Shown here: positions 63,219-64,000 of the stretch, in pieces
Position numbering within the stretch: the first letter of the stretch is position 1
Layout: each line of letters begins with the position of its first letter
Source of the DNA: an uncultured Methanoregulaceae archaeon
GTDB lineage: Archaea; Halobacteriota; Methanomicrobia; Methanomicrobiales; Methanospirillaceae
Reading direction: 5' to 3'
Assembly (NCBI GenBank): GCA_963737635.1
Contig: CAVTTL010000001.1
Coordinates: 1,888,001 to 1,952,000, forward strand
DNA length: 64,000 bases
The notes under the pieces: generated by a model
Told to the model about the DNA's origin: nothing
Database searches by the model: none
The model's input: only the letters and a program-made list of their open reading frames with translations
Position numbers and translations under genes: made by a program

Positions 63219-64000
63219 TCATCCCATCTTATACCTGAGCAGTGCTGCGATTCCCCCGAGGGCTACCAGACGCTCGCCGGGTTCGAATTCTGTTGAAAGT
63301 ACAACAACACTAGCCTGCATCTTTTCTGCGCCTTCGATCAGGGGCACGATCGTCAAGTCCCGGAGCAGGGTATCGGCAAGCAGTATTTCGTCAACAGCGC
63401 CGTACTCAATTGCGGTCTGCACCGCTTTTTTCCCGTAGGCAACTGCCCCGTCTTGGGCAATACGCAGGAGTACCTCGTCCATCAGCCTGACTTCACGCGA
63501 GAGCTGGAGATCCCCGATCAGTTTTTCAAGGGTTCCCGCACCGATCACGTCTTGTACTGCACCCCTGCCAATCCTCCGGGTTTCAACAACAAGCGCCCTC
63601 CCAGCAGGTACGCTGTTTTTATTTTTAGCATATTTGACAAAATCTTCCTTGATAAAACCCGGCCCGGCAATAATAAGCGGGCCGGAAATCTCCGCGATAC
63701 TCTTAAGAACCACATCAAAAAAACCGGTCCGCGTCTCCGTCTCCCCGCCCTTTCCGCTTCCCGCCGTGATGGTGATCACGCTCTCCGGGCCGTACTGCCG
63801 GAGCCGGAAGAGCTCGGCTTCCCCTTCCTCAAGGGTCAGGATATGGATTACCCCGAAAACCGATGCTTTCACTGCACGTTTGATCCGTTCGAGATCGACC
63901 GGCCTCCACCGCCTGATGATCGAGATCTCGTATCCTGTCTCGACATTAATCGTGTGGTATGCACCGGCATCCATGCCGTGCTCGATAATCCCGGTGATTC
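63219..64000 (-). CDS. pelA: Pelota / Dom34 ribosome rescue factor (5' end outside window)
   Basis: GAYHTI, AGPGF.K, AYG, GAV..LL.D, STEFEPGERL.ALGGIAALLRY. Confidence 0.93.
   Translation of the reverse strand, partial: ITGIIEHGMDAGAYHTINVETGYEISIIRRWRPVDLERIKRAVKASVFGVIHILTLEEGEAELFRLRQYGPESVITITAGSGKGGETETRTGFFDVVLKSIAEISGPLIIAGPGFIKEDFVKYAKNKNSVPAGRALVVETRRIGRGAVQDVIGAGTLEKLIGDLQLSREVRLMDEVLLRIAQDGAVAYGKKAVQTAIEYGAVDEILLADTLLRDLTIVPLIEGAEKMQASVVVLSTEFEPGERLVALGGIAALLRYKMG

Overview
Archaeal window, most consistent with a Methanomicrobiales methanogen (Methanoregula-like). Support comes from aIF-1A, tgtA-arcS, pelota, Tfx, an archaeal RNase P RNA and PKD/PGF-pre-PGF surface proteins. The first ~27 kb is accessory. 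It holds four secreted or membrane-anchored proteins carrying five copies of one ~250-aa domain I cannot name, one copy circularly permuted. These sit with a stand-alone TiaS-N-like protein, an ABC-ATPase/HypB-UreG-like GTPase/Fe-S operon, a Tfx regulator, and two clusters of intact and decayed toxin-antitoxin modules. The remainder is mostly housekeeping and transport (MgtA, aldo/keto reductase, TetR-ABC, AI-2E, rnpB, archaeosine genes, PntAB, histidine kinase, CYTH, FKBP, pelota). Exceptions are a direct-repeat-flanked islet carrying a carotenoid-oxygenase-family gene, a vWA-PP2C-kinase (TerY-P-like) operon with a HEAT-repeat gene, and a catalytically degenerate PP2C. Many genes carry single-base frameshifts, probably long-read consensus errors. 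All calls are from motif recognition by eye; no searches were run.
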